Below are positions 28,721-42,654 of a stretch of 64,000 nucleotides of DNA, piece after piece. The notes beneath the pieces are model-generated. The model did no database searches and was not told the origin of the DNA. It saw only the letters and a program-made list of their open reading frames with translations. Where the stretch lies: the NCBI GenBank assembly GCA_964016885.1, contig OZ024746.1:78306001-78370000 (forward strand), in the 5' to 3' direction. Position 1 is the first letter of the stretch; each line of letters starts with the position of its first letter. This DNA is from Eledone cirrhosa (Eukaryota). A program made the position numbers and the translations under genes.

Positions 28721-29761
28721 ACATTCATCTAAGGTATTAACCATTTCCTAAGTTTATCTTATATTGCCACTCAATGTAACTCCATTGACAAAAGAGCTGT
28801 GTGCCTGGCATACTTTCATCAGATCATTACTATCATTTAGTCTTATTTAGTTAAGTTTGGAAGGAGAGAGATATAGAGAGATCCATGCATAGATATATAT
28901 TTGTCGCCTGTAATGTGGTGGTGTTGGTGGTGACAGTGGTGGTTGGTATATGGGTGATAGTGGTGGTGGTGGTGGGGCTTGCTTTCCTTCATGTGTTTGT
29001 CTTAGTTATGTAGCCTCTTATATGTTTAGAATGAATGAGACAGAGAGAAAGAGAGATCTATTCATCTATTTGGTGCCTTTGCCATTGATATCGAGGTGAT
29101 TTTGTGGTGGTGGAAGTGCTGGTGGTATTGGCAGTGATAGTGGTGATGGTGGCAGTGATAGTGGTGATGGTGGCAGTGATAGTGGTGGTGATTGTTGAAG
29201 AGGGACTGACTATCCTTCGTGAGTTTGTCTCAGTTATTTACCCTCTCCTATATTTGGAGAAAGAGAAAGAGTGCAAGAGAACTAGATCCATCCATTCATT
29301 TGGCGCCTGTGGCCTTGGTAGTAGTGATGGGGATGTGGTGGGCTTGTGGCCCTTCAAGGTAGGAGAACAGCCTGCAATTTCAGGCTAAGTGCCCTCTTTA
29401 TTTTAATGAGACTATGATTATTATTATTGTTTTATCTGTTGGTGGTGATGATGGTAATGGGTGTGGTGGTGGTGGTGGTGGTGGTGGTGTTGCTGGCAGT
29501 GGTGTTGTTTTATCTGTTGGTGGTGATGATGGTAATGGGTGTGGTGGTGGTGGTGTTACTGGCAGTAGTGGTACAGGTGGCACCACTACCACCACTGCCA
29601 TTGAAAAACTCTAAGTGGTCAGGGAGTTTGGATGGAATCTTCCTGTGTATTCGAAGGATGACAGCAGCATGTGAGAGATTGGGGGCACTGAAGCACAACT
29701 GTATTGATGATGATGATGATGATGATGATCATCATAATAATAATAATAATGATGATGATAG

Positions 29762-29794
<33 letters not shown>

Positions 29795-30185
29795 GAAGAA
29801 GAAAGCTAAGGATGACTGAGATTGACCCGACACCTTGACTACCAATGACCAACTTCTGGGTGGGATAGGGTGCAGGGGTTTCGAACAAACAGTAGTGGAA
29901 GCCAAAGAGAGGAGGTGTCTGGAATTGTAATAAGTTCTTGCTACTTTACTTGGCAGAAATAATTGCTCTGACTCCTCCTCTTCCTCCTCCTCCTCCTTGT
30001 CAAGTGTTTCCTTTGTTGCTAATCATTTCATTAAGATCCACTTTACACTTTTATCCTTAAAACCAGGTGGCCACTAACTATTATTGGAAATCTTCGAGAT
30101 CTGTGGCAGTTCTCATTTTGTCGAACCATTGAAGAGAAGAACCCTTCTCTTCTGCTGCTCCTTACACAAGGAGAGAGGGAGGGAG

Positions 30186-30228
<43 letters not shown>

Positions 30229-30322
30229 GAGACAAGCAGACATGGAGAGAATCTCTGTCACTTAAAATTGCCTTTAGATATTTTTAGAAAAGCATATCAC
30301 ATCTGCTACATAATCCAAGTAG

Positions 30323-30353
<31 letters not shown>

Positions 30354-30451
30354 CATGTGTGTGTGTGTATGTATGTATGTGTTCACGTATCTATATATAT
30401 CTATGTATGTATGTATGTATGTATGTATGTATGTATGTATGTATGTTCTTC

Positions 30452-32920
30452 TGGTTTTATAATTTCACAAAGTTTTCCCAATAGAGAGAGAGCCGGTTTC
30501 TAACATAGACACAAGACTCTCTCATTGGAATTTACACAACATCAACTAGGTAGATATGTATGTATGTATGCCATTGTAGATATGGATGTTATTGTATGTG
30601 TGGATGTGGATGTTTTGAGTTGTATGTGTGCATGTGTATATGCTTTGTATCTGTACATGTGTGTATGCAGTTATTAGATGCAAAATTTTTGGAATGTTTT
30701 ACATATTTTTACTGTTCCATTAATGGATTGTACTTGTAATTTCCTAACTAGTTGTGTTCTTTCTGTTCCTGTGAAGCCTAGCTTCTCAAGATTTGTATTG
30801 AGGCAGTTACTAACATATCCCAGTGCCCCAATAATCACAGGCATAAATCTGAAGGTGTAATCAGGGTGGAGTATCTGCAGATTTCTCATCAGTTCTGCAT
30901 AAATATTCTCCTTTTCACTAATCTTTGATATTATATTGGCATATGCTGGACAGCTAATTTCCACTACTGTGCATGTTTTCTTCTCCCTGTCCTATATAAT
31001 ATCTGGTCTGTTATGCCTGCATTTTATTGGGGTTTTTACTGGAACATTCCACCAGTACTCTTTCATATTATGTACATGGATGTCTTCCACATTGCTGTAG
31101 CTTTTAATGTGTTTATTATCGGGGCTATCTTTTTTATGAACTGCATTGTACAGTGTTTTGGCCACTACATCATGCAGATAGACTTGCTCGAGAAACGGGC
31201 TCCTACGCTTCGAGGTTCGTAGATGTTGTCGGAGAGATATGATGCGACATTCAAATGTTGTCTGGACTGATGTTAAGCCTTTGCCTCCCTGCTTACGTTT
31301 CAAGTAAAGGCGGTCTATGTCACTGTTGATGTGGAAGTTTCCGGTGTTGTTTAGTATTTTTCGAGTTCCAACATCAACTGCTCGGATTTCGTCTATCGTC
31401 CAATTGAGTATTCCAAACATTGGTGTTAGGACAGGCACAGCAAACACATTGTGAGCCTCTGTTTTGTTTTGCGCAGAGAGTTCTGATGACCAGATCTTTC
31501 TTAATCGGGTGTAGTATTCCCTGGTTACGCGTTCTTTATTACAGATACAATTAAGTGAAAATAGAGTCCTCCCTCTCTGTCTTTAACCTTAGGATAGTAG
31601 CTCAAGAAGAAGACAGCCTCTTTATGGCTCTGACAATAATGTCTGGGACTTTAGCAAGTTGGAGGGCCTCTATCATCCAAGAGTGGGGAATAGAATCGAA
31701 AGCTTTCCTGTAGTCCAGGCAGACTGTAGTCATATTCCTCCTAAGTTGTCGCACCTCCAACATCGCAGTTTTGTTGATTAGGAGTTGTTCAGCACATCCC
31801 CAAACCCCTTTCTTTCCAGCTGCTTGTTCATCTGTGATGATGTTATTATTTTCACAGTGACCTTGGAGGAATAGGTTCAGGCAGGCTGTATACATCTTAT
31901 ACATCAGGTTCTGGCATGCAATGGGTCGGTAGTTTTTTGCCAAGTGGGTGTCTTTGTTCTTGGGGACCAGTAACGTTTGTGCTAATGTCAACCATTCTGG
32001 TATAAGTATATCTCCCTTAAGAACTTGTTGGTAAGATACCTCCGATAGAATATTAGTTTTTTGTACCAGTAGCCGACAATCCTGTCTCTTCCTGGGGTTT
32101 TCTTATCTTGGAGTTTTCCTATCACAGTCTCAAGGGTACCCTCACTTATTTTGTATGTTTTTGTTGTAGTGTAGGAGCAATAGTTCTTTCGAATTTCTCT
32201 TAGCCACACTGCATCTTGGTTGAAATTCTTCTTTTCATCCCATATTTTTCTCCAAAAGGAATATATGTCTTTCTGGGATGGGGCCTCAGTGACACTTATT
32301 ATTTTGCTCTTCATATCTCTATAGACTGATGTTTGGTTTCGTCTGAATCTTTTATTAAGCACTTTTCTCTCATCTACCTTCTTCAGGTATCGGCGTTTTT
32401 CGCTAACAGCTCTCAATTCTTGTTTGAGGGTGATCAGCTTATATTGGAGAGTTCTGGTGCTACTGTTACCAAACATCATCCCTATTTTATTTTTCACTCT
32501 TTGTTGGTGAGGAGTGAAGTTTTTTTGTGTTTGTTTGCATGTTTTTTTGTGTTTGTTTGCATGTTTTTTTGTGTTTGTTTGCATTGTCACATGTCCTATG
32601 TTTTTTCGTAGGTCAGCACTCTTTTTATCTATTTTAGTTATATATGATGGTATTTTGTTCTTGTTAATATCTCTGCTGTCACCAAGATAATAATTCACTG
32701 TCATTGCTAAGGCATATAAACAGGCATTGATTTGCCAAAATGTTGGGGTTTTTATCCGTCGTAAATATTCATCGTAAAAAGTCAATAACACTTAATATTT
32801 CATTATTTGGTTTTTTATTCACCATTGTCATTTTAATACGTTCAGCAAGAGAAATATTTATACATGAGTTAATTTCTCTCTGGAAGATTTCGTTGAGGGA
32901 AATTTTCAATTGTTTATACC
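30452..32920 (-). pseudogene. Decayed Dong/R4-like non-LTR retrotransposon (RT + restriction-like endonuclease)
   Basis: Broken ORFs 31988-32791, 31602-31991 (YRPIACQNLMYK, EQAAGKKG, LDYRKAFDSIPH), 30992-31447 (RLYLKRKQGGKGL, NRPDII) and 30674-30964 (EISCP, PVIIGALG). The YxDD region and CCHC knuckle are deleted. Confidence 0.88.
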
Positions 32921-33590
32921 ATAATGTATGTATGAATGTATGTGCGTATGAATATATGTATGTGTGTATGTATGTGTTCATGTATGTACATACATGCATC
33001 TATGTGGTGAACATGCATATTTATGTGTGTGTGTGTGTATGTGTATGTGTATGCATGTTTATATGAGTACATGTGTTTTTATTTGTGTGTGGTTGTATGT
33101 GTTTGTGTATGTGTGTGCATGTGTTTATGTGCACATGCATGTTCATAGATTTGTGTATGGTGATGTTATGGTGCTATCTGTGTTTGGGATAGTGCTGATG
33201 CATTGGTGGTGTTAGTTGTTTTAGTAGTAGTGGTGGTAGTTTCGTTGATTCCAGTACCTCTTGGATACAGCTATATATCATCGTTATCATGTTTACATCC
33301 TTCGTCCATGCTGGCATCGGTTGGACAGGTTGTCCTGATTCAAGATCAGACGAATCAGAGTTATTTCACCTTGTTCATATGTTACATATTTGGCATGTTA
33401 TTCTACGGCTGGATGAACTTCCTAACATCAATCATCTTACAAGGTGTACTGAGTGCAATTTTTGTAGCACCAGCACTACCACACATTTCAGGATGGAATG
33501 TGTTTGTGTGTGTTATGTGTGTTTTATTGTGGACTCAAGCATTAAGAAGATCAGATAATTGTCCAGGCTGAAGAGTCCTCTCAGACCCAG

Positions 33591-33639
<49 letters not shown>

Positions 33640-33641
<2 letters not shown>

Positions 33642-33870
33642 CATCATCATCGTTTAATGTCTATCTTCCACGCTAGCATGGGTTAGATGGGAATTGTCCC
33701 ATTTGAGGCAAAATTGGTCGGGTGACCGTGTCTCGCTCGTATAGGACTATCTGGCAGGTTTTCTACAGCTTGATGTCCTTCCTAACACCAACCACATTTA
33801 CAGTGTGAACTGGGAGCTTTTTGCCGTGTTACCTACACGGCCACATTACAGCGTGGACTGTGTATTTTTT
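33640..33870 (-). mobile_element. Older RTE 3' UTR remnant; similar remnants at ~2680-2840(+), 9038-9157(+), 26811-26925(-), 33277-33480(-), 37320-37493(+) and 60733-60890(+)
   Basis: Diverged matches to GTTGG.GTTAGGAAGGGCATCCAGCTGTAGAAA and AACCCATGC.AG.GTGG...GACGTTAAA..(GAT)n. Confidence 0.75.
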
Positions 33871-34291
33871 TTATATATATATATATCTGTATATATATAT
33901 ATATATGTGTGTGTGTCTCCTTCTCTCTCTATATATATATCATCATCATCGTAAAATGATGATGATGATGACATATATACATGTAAATATGGTTAGTGTT
34001 AGAAAGGGCATCCAGTCATAGAAACCAAGCCAGAAACAGTTCTGTACGAGCAAGACATGGTCACCTGACCTGAAAACGAGTTGTACCTGTGATTCAATGG
34101 GCCAGCCTTTTCACACACAGTTTCACAGTGAATCTCCGTTACAGTTACATTAAGCGTACGCATGTCTGTGAAACTCTGAGCCACATGCATATAAATTTAA
34201 CAAACAGGTCGTTCCGTTAATTGAATCAAATAGAACACTCACGGTCGGAACTGATGGAGGTCCAACACACACACACCCATACACACATTCA

Positions 34292-34323
<32 letters not shown>

Positions 34324-34859
34324 CACTTACACACGCACACACATCCACTTACACACATACACACACACACCCATACACACATTCACTTACACACACACAT
34401 ACCCATACATGCATTCACTTACACACACACACACACATTCACTTACACACGCACACACATTCACTTACACACTCACACACACCCATACACACATTCACTT
34501 ACACACACACACATACCCATACACACATTCACTTACACACACATTCACTTACACACACACACATTCACTTACACACACACATACACACACATATAAGTAA
34601 TTGGTGGTGGAGAAGGAGGAAACGAATTACTTTCCCTTGTTTGATGTTAAAGATTCATTTGGTAGATTCCGCTAGGAATTTACCATCTGACAAGTCTGGC
34701 TTGATTCCCTGTCATCCATCTAAACACACAGAATAAATTATTTGTCACTTATTCCTCTCCCCCATGCAATCCCACTCCAGCCCACCCCACTCCCAGTGTA
34801 ATAATAGCACCATCATCATCATAATATTCATCATTATCATCATCATAACCAACATCATT

Positions 34860-35350
34860 TCGGGGTCGATAAAATAAAGTACCAGTAATGTACTGGGTAT
34901 TTGCTGGCCTTGTGCCAAGAGTAGAAACAATTATCATTATTATAATCATTGGCAGTATCGGTAGAGGGTTGGACGCCGTGCTTTGACGCATAGAGTTACG
35001 GCCCTTGCCATTCTGAGTTCAAATCCCGTTGAGGTTAACTTTGCCTTTCATCCTTACGGGGTCGATAAAATAAAGTACCAGTAATGCACTGGGTAATTGC
35101 TGGCCTTGTGCCAAAAGTAGAAACAATTATTAATGGGGTTTGGCGGTATCGGTATAACGCTGGATAACATGCTTAGCGGCATAGAGTTACGGGCCTTTAC
35201 GTTCCGAGTGCAAAACCAGCTGAGGTTAGCTTTGCCTTTCATCTTTATGAGGTCGATAAAATAAAGCACCAGTATTGCACTCGATTTAATCGATTTTCCC
35301 TTCTCCCAAAATTACTGGCCTTGTGCGTTAAGTAGAAACAATTATTATTA
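34860..35350 (+). mobile_element. Tandem cluster of family B SINEs (one partial and two near-full)
   Basis: Repeated GTCGATAAAATAAAG(T/C)ACCAGT...AGTAGAAACAATTAT units. Confidence 0.85.
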
Positions 35351-35548
35351 GGATTCTTATATTTCCAACTTTTCAATTATATATATATGCATAGAGTACT
35401 CCGCTGATTTGTGGTCCCCCAGTCTCAGCACTGCATACTCTATATTCCAAGAGATGGCAACATGACTGGACCTGTTATTTTTCTCTAAAAGCATTTTTTT
35501 CCAATTCCAGCCCACCTATCCCTTCAATCTTTTTAATTTCTCATTCTT

Positions 35549-35584
35549 TCTTTTGATGAAGGACTAGCGTCCGAAACGTTAAGA
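35549..35584 (+). ncRNA. Minimal Penelope-type hammerhead with a C3>T core change
   Basis: TCTT-TTGATGA-A-GGAC-tagc-GTCC-GAAA-CG-TT-AAGA; stems I and II are perfect and stem III is palindromic ACGT. Confidence 0.65.
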
Positions 35585-36150
35585 CCCTCTTCCTGCTATT
35601 TCAAGCGTTAACCTAATATATTTCTTCCATATACTGTACTGATTGTGTTGTTATTTCTGTTTACCGCTTACATATATATATATATTTATAAAATCATGTG
35701 TGCATTTTTCTATGTGCATGGTTAAGTGTCTATAAACATATCGACTATCATTTCAGCCAGTGAAATCTCCCTAAATTTCCTCACCTGGTGATATTGTTAT
35801 ATTCAGTGAACCTTTAGGAAAATAGCCTCAAGATATTGCCTGACTAGAGTTCTTTATCATTATTGTTATTCCAAGAATGGTTTTAAAGTGTGGCAATCTT
35901 TTATGGATATCAGCTGACTGGCAAATCTCAATTTTATCGGCCTCTTAAAGAAAGATAATCCTCCCATATTTTCAATATTTTCCGATATCCTCTCATATTC
36001 TCCAATATTATTGATATTCATCCCTGCGAAGGAGATGCGGAGAAATCTGTATTTCTTCTTTACATATCATGAATGAATGCTAATAGAGTTAAAACTGAAA
36101 TATACAATTGTGTAGGAACCCATTTCAATTTCCTGTCTGTTTCTCTTTTA

Positions 36151-36189
<39 letters not shown>

Positions 36190-36569
36190 GCACACATACA
36201 TATGCACACACACACATACATACACACACACACACACTCACACACGTATATATGGTATTTTTATTTAGCAAAATGGCCCTCCTGATGTACAACACCACCA
36301 CCACGACCACCACAAACATACAATTCTTGTAGGCATGTGTATATGCATGTAAACAATTTCCTTTACACTCATATGCTCATATATAGGGACATGATGACAC
36401 ACTCCCTTACAAGCATACACACACTCACACACATACACACATGCACATATACACACACACACACACATTTTCAATGAAGCTGTTTCTGTTATTTGATTAA
36501 GGTTCAATAACTTTGTTGAGATTGATCATACAATGAGATCTCTGTTCAAATGTAATGTCTTTTATTGGC

Positions 36570-37310
36570 AGTGGTGGTGATTGTAGTATTGGAGGTGGTA
36601 GTAGTGGTGATTATAGTATTGTAGGCAGTAGTAGTGGTGATTGTAGTATTGGAGGTGGTAGTAGTGGTGATTATAGTATTGTAGGCAGTAGTGGTGGTGA
36701 TTGTAGTATTGGAGGTAGTAGTAGTGGTGATTGTAGTATTGGAGGTGGTAGTAGTGGTGATTATAGTATTGGAGGTGGTAGTAGTGGTGATTATAGTATT
36801 GGAGGTGGTAGTAGTGGTGATTGTAGTATTGGAGGTGGTAGTAGTGGTGATTATAGTATCGGAGGTGGTAGTAGTATTGTAGGTAGAAGTAGTGGTGATT
36901 GTAGTATTGGAGGTAGTAGTAGTGGTGATTGTAGTATTGGAGGTGGTAGTAGTGGTGATTATAGTATTGGAGGTGGTAGTAGTATTGTAGGTAGAAGTAG
37001 TGGTGATTGTAGTATTGGAGGTGGTAGTAGTGGTGTTTATAGTATTGGAGGTGGTAGTAGTGGTGATTATAGTATTGTAGGCAGTAGTAGTGGTGATTAT
37101 AGTATTGGAGGTGGTAGTAGTGGTGATTATAGTATTGTAGGTAGTAGTAGTGGTGATTGTAGTATTGGAGGTGGTAGTAGTGGTGATTATAGTATTGGAG
37201 GTGGTAGTAGTATTGTAGGTAGTATTGGAGGTAGTAGTAGTGGTGATTATAGTATTGGAGGTGGTAGTAGTGGTGATTATAGTTGTAGTGATGGTGGTGA
37301 TTATAGTTGC
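36570..37310. repeat. 30-bp minisatellite GTAGTGGTGATT(A/G)TAGTATTG(G/T)AGG(T/C)(G/A)GTA
   Basis: Units stack in register every 30 nt. Confidence 0.92.
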
Positions 37311-37729
37311 CATGATAAAAAGCACCCAGTTCACACTGCTGATGTGGTTGGCATTAGAAAGGACACCCAGCTGTAGAAACCAAGCCAGAAATCATTCTTT
37401 TGAGCAAGACACAGTCACCTGATCTGACTTGTCTCACAATGGGACAACTCGTCTAACCCATGCTAGTGTAGAAAATAGACATTAAACGATGATGGAAAAA
37501 GAGAGAAGCGGCACTGTCAGGATTTAATCAACATTTGGGAGAAGAGAGAATTATGGCAACAGCATCAAAAACTACATATGATCCCGTAACTCCTGATAGT
37601 CGTAGGGGGCGCCATATTGACATACAGCGTTTCTTGGGCATTTTAAGCCTGACGAAGCCCATCCCTCTCCAGGCCCGAGATTTCTTCTAGAGAAAGATAG
37701 GAAATGAGAAAGAGATATTGAGGAAGAAT

Positions 37730-37885
37730 CAACCCCATTACAAGACTGGTACTTTTTTATTGATCTCGAAAGGATGAAAGGCAAAGTTGAGCTCGGCAGG
37801 ATTTGAATTCAGAGAGCTGAGAGCCGCAATAAATACCATGAAGCATTCTATCCGACATTCTATTGACTCTGCCAATTCGCCGCCT
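37730..37885 (-). mobile_element. Diverged family B-related SINE
   Basis: GGCGGCGAATTGGCAGAG head and CTTTGCCTTTCATCCTTTCGAGATCAATAAA centre on the minus strand. Confidence 0.7.
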
Positions 37886-39077
37886 TGTATGTATACAATA
37901 ATGGATATATTCTTTTACTGGTTTCAGTCATTTGTGTCCAATACACCAGGTATACTACTAGAAAGCCAAGTTTCCCTAAAAATAAAACTTTACCATCATA
38001 GGGTAGGACTCATTGGATAATGTAATCCTATGATCAAAAGTGTTCCCACCATGCCCATCCCCATCTGTTCTTTTTTCTATTGAAAACAAAAAGACAGGGG
38101 GAGGTCATGACTGGAATTTCTTTGATCATATGCCTGCTGAATCAGAGTTGTCTTCAGGCTAAACAACAACACACCACTCATACACACACACCATGAAAAA
38201 TAAAATAATCATGTACACACCATGAAAACACATGTATACACCATGCAATCATACATGCAAACCATAAAAACCTATACACACACACACACATGCAAACATA
38301 GACATACACACAAACACACACACACTGCAGTCATTTGCAAAAGCCATGGAAATATACTCTCTCACATGCACACGCACACACAAACGTAAACACACACACA
38401 CCATGCAAACATACATACACACACACGATGCAAACTTACATACACACATATGGACACATCATGTAAACATACACACACACACACACACATGCAAGCACAC
38501 ATACATCATGTAAACACACACACACACATGCAAACATACATACACACACACACATGCAAGCACACATACATCATGTAAACACACACACACATGCAATCAC
38601 ACACACACATGTAAACACACACATCATTCAAACCTACACATACACACAGACATCATGTAAACACACACACACACATGTAAACATACACATACTCACACAC
38701 ACACACATGTAAACACACACATACACACACATACACAGTGTTAATTTAATATGATTTGACTCACTCATTACTTCACTAAAAAAAAAAAAAATTTTTTTTC
38801 TTTTTCGTTTTGGCCCAAGGAAAAAAACTCCTTATTATCATAGCTTCTTCCTGTGACTATCCCTAATATCATGTTGACATTAGGTGACCCTTTATCGATT
38901 TTTTTGGCACACTTTAAAGATGTAATAGAATTTAATTAAAGGGCCCAGATTGTTTTATCATCCCTCTGGAAATGATGTGATTCCAATACCATCATTTAAC
39001 TTAATAATTCCAATATTACCATTTAAAGATATTACCATTGAAATTTGCATTAGAAATTAAGGTCAGTTGAGGGAAGT

Positions 39078-39431
39078 GTTGTTGATGATGATGATGGTGG
39101 TGGTGGTGATGATGATGGTGATGGTGGTGGTGATGGTGATGGTTTTGATGTTGTTGTTGTTGATGATGATGATGGTGGTGTTGATGGTGATGGTGGTGAT
39201 GGCGATGGTGATGGTTTTGTTGTTGTTGATGATGATGATGGTGGTGATGGTGATGGTTTTGATGATGATGATGATGATGGTGGTGATGGTGATGGTTTTG
39301 TTGTTGATGATGATGATGATGATGGTGGTGATGGTTTTGTTGTTGATGATGATGATGATGGTGATGGTTTTGATGTTGATGATGATAACGAGGATAATGA
39401 TGATGGTCTTGATGATGATGATGGTGATGGT

Positions 39432-39463
<32 letters not shown>

Positions 39464-39539
39464 GTATTGATGTTGATGATGATGATGGTGATGGTTTTGA
39501 TGTGATGATGATGGTCGTGTTGATGATGATGATGATGAC

Positions 39540-39573
<34 letters not shown>

Positions 39574-39830
39574 GTATTGATGTTAATGATGATGATGATG
39601 ATGATGATGGTCTTGATGTTGTTGATGATGATAATCTCGATGATGATGATGATGACGATGATGGTCTCGATGTTGATGATGACGATGATGGTCTCGATGT
39701 TGATGATGATGACGATGATGGTCTCGATGTTGATGATGATGATGATGATGATGACGAATGTCTCGATGATGATAATGATGATGTTGCTGATGATGAGTTT
39801 GTTGTTGATGATGATGATGATGATGATGTG
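39078..39830. repeat. Degenerate (GAT/GGT/GTT)n low-complexity tract
   Basis: Direct inspection. Confidence 0.9.
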
Positions 39831-40121
39831 GAAAGTATGAAAGTATGTATGTTACATTTCTGTCTGACCTTTTCCTCACCACATTTCTAATGAAATTATT
39901 CTGTATTTTCAATTAATTAATGAAGAATTTCAAGGGATTTACTAAAACTATTAATTATTTCATTATTAACACTTTTGATAGCGACTTGGCCTGAGCTGGT
40001 TCTGGTTCTATCATACAATTACTTATTTTAACTGTCAACGTCCTGTACCACACGAAACCACATGATCAAGATATTCTTGAAAACTAAAAAAACAGCACTA
40101 TGACTGTATCTCATTAATAAG

Positions 40122-40312
40122 GTGGATTGGCGGTATCGGTAGAAGGTCGGATGCCATGCTTTGCAGCATAGAGTTACGCCCCTTTATGGTCTGAGTTCAA
40201 ATACCGCCGAGGTTAACTTTGCCTTTCATCCTTACGGGGTCGATAAAATAAAGTACCAGTAATACACTGGGATAATTGCTGCCCTTGTGCCAAAAGTAGA
40301 AACAATTAATAA
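40122..40312 (+). mobile_element. Family B SINE
   Basis: Full head-centre-tail match to the other copies. Confidence 0.85.
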
Positions 40313-40479
40313 TTCAAGTCTTTACTTTAGTTTAGAGTAAATTTTCACACTGATCTGTCTCTAGTAAAGATATCATAAACATCTGAATTAACAAAAACTT
40401 TCTGCTAAATCTTTGCAGGAAGATAATAGCTAAGAAGATACTATTTTAATTACAATCTAATTTTCCAACATATTAAGTG

Positions 40480-40685
40480 AAGCCATGTGGCTTAGTGGTT
40501 AGAGAATTGGATTAATTGTGAGGTTGTGTATTTGATACTCGGACCAAGCAATGCATTATGTCCTTGAGCAAGACACTTTATTTCAGGCTGCTCTTTCTGC
40601 GAGGAATTGTGACCAGTAGATAGTGTCAGTAATGGAAAGACCAATGGAAATATTGTTTCCTTGGTTCGATTTGACAAGTTCCGCC
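40480..40685 (+). mobile_element. tRNA/CORE-like SINE with the family A head but a different 3' part (family D)
   Basis: TGGCTTAGTGG...TCCTTGAGCAAGACACTTTATTTCA followed by GGAAAGACCAATGGAAA...CGATTTGAC, shared with 60052-60268. Confidence 0.75.
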
Positions 40686-40800
40686 CCACTCAGTAAGTGA
40701 ATGGGGTCTGGGATGTTGTTGATTGATTCGATAATTTTATATAAGAACAATATATAGTTATTATCTTAGAAATGTAATATTTAATGATTTCAATAAATCC

Positions 40801-41101
40801 ATGAGTTCAAATCCCGCCGAGGTTAACTTTGCCTTTCATCCTTACGAGGTCGATAAAATAAAGTACCAGTTATGTACTGGGTAATTGCTGGCCTTGTGCC
40901 AAAAAGTAGAAACAATTAATTAATTGAAATAGAAGGTTGGACGCCATGCTTTCTAGCATAGAGTTACGTCTCTTTATGATCTGAGTTCAAATCCCGCCGA
41001 GGTTAACTTTGCCTTTCATCCTTACGGGGTCAATAAATAAAGTACCAGTAATGTACTGGGTAATTGCTGGCCTTGTGCCTAAAGTAAAAACAATTAATTA
41101 A
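40801..41101 (+). mobile_element. Two 5'-truncated family B SINEs in tandem
   Basis: Two GAGTTCAAATCCCGCCGAGGTTAAC...AACAATTAATTAATTGAAATAGAA units. Confidence 0.85.
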
Positions 41102-41552
41102 TTGAAATAGAATGTATTTCATAAGAAATGTGTATGATGACAACAAGGTTAAGATAGTATTTGTAACAACTTAGAGGCTCTTACATAAAATTTATGATGG
41201 AAGATTTTCATTTAAATAAGAATTCTTTAAAATGGATGTTGTCATTGAACTATAGCTGCTTTTGGCTGAATTGGTATCAAAAGGTTTAAAGTATTGAATA
41301 AGCAGTCTTAATTGAAGCATCAGCTGAAATGACTTGTTTTCTGTGCTCTGTATTCAAATCCTGCCAAGGTGAACTTGGCACATATATATACCAATTATAT
41401 ATACCAGATGTATATACTAATTTCACCTATATATATGTATGTATGTGTGTGTGTGTATATATATCATCATCATCATCATTAAACGTCTATCTTCCATGCT
41501 ATATATATATATATATAATATAAGATCAAAAGATGGTTAAAAGAGTTCTAAG

Positions 41553-41623
41553 TATTTTATTATGCGCATTTCAAAAACAAATATCATCATGAGATGATAT
41601 CTGCGTTTTCATCAGATAAAATA
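41553..41623 (-). ncRNA. Type I hammerhead ribozyme motif, second copy (remnant 41515-41685)
   Basis: TATTTTAT-CTGATGA-long stem II-GAAA-TGCGCA-TA-ATAAAATA; palindromic stem III ATGCGCAT. Confidence 0.8.
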
Positions 41624-41903
41624 GGGATACATGATATGAAGGTTAAAAAACACTTGTGAATAGTGAAGTTTTAAATCAACATATGAAAAATAATTTAAGA
41701 TTGATGTGTGATATTGGGAAAAAAGTGAGGGGGGTTTGAAAGGGTATATATATATATATCAGGATGTTTATCAATATCAAACATGTCTATCTTTTTTTCA
41801 ATTACAGGGAAATTCATATTTTCTGGCAGGCTTACATGCCTACAAATTAAATATATGTATATGTTTATACACGGTGCACTCTCATTTACATACTCTGTAT
41901 TAA

Positions 41904-41984
<81 letters not shown>

Positions 41985-42080
41985 AGATAAATCTACCAAA
42001 ATATACGGTAGTGTCCAATCCGTATGAACTCAATGTAATCCAAATATCATGAAAAGAGATGTATTCAAAATTTTTTCAAG

Positions 42081-42394
42081 ATAAATTAATAAAAATAATG
42101 AATAAAAACAAAGAAAACAGTTCCTTATATTAAAAAATTCATCATTTTACGATCGTTTCTAGGGTATATGTGTGTGTGTTGGTATGTATATCATATAGAT
42201 CTATGTAAAAGTTTTACAAACTATCAGAGGGAATATGAGGTATGTATATTCCCTCTGATAGTTTGTAAAACTTTTACATAGATCTATATGATATACATAC
42301 CAACACACACACATATACCCTAGAAACGATCGTAAAATGATGAATTTTTAATATAAGGAACTGTTTTCTTTGTTTTTATTCATTATTTTTATTA

Positions 42395-42400
<6 letters not shown>
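42081..42400. repeat. Near-perfect palindrome, arms 156/155 bp with a 9-nt spacer
   Basis: 42081-42236 is the reverse complement of 42246-42400 except for one A indel. Confidence 0.93.
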
Positions 42401-42449
<49 letters not shown>

Positions 42450-42654
42450 TAACAGATTAAAGTTTAAGCAAAGAATCGCTGCTTTCACCCTTAACGGGAT
42501 CTTCTGAAACTAACAAAGGGTGAAAGCAGCGATTCTTTGTTTAAACTTTAATCTGTTATTTTAATAAATATTTGCTCTGCGGTTCTTATATATTTGATAT
42601 ATATTTATCCTTATCGAGTCCTCTTTGGATTTTAGTCTTCAAATTTATTATTAT

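Noticed and set aside
29590-30170. Higher-complexity stretch with short open frames, possibly a host exon or UTR
   Set aside because: No recognisable domain, start or splice pattern; needs RNA-seq or BLASTx.
36555-37376. Gly/Ser/Cys/Tyr repeat ORF (GGGSSGDYSI) resembling a structural protein
   Set aside because: It coincides with a 30-bp minisatellite that is also open on the other strand, and it ends in an RTE tail remnant. Not supportable without RNA data.
39067-39840. Met-rich ORF reminiscent of reflectin-like composition
   Set aside because: Pure (GAT)n decay with no reflectin motif (no Tyr/Arg/Trp/Pro pattern).
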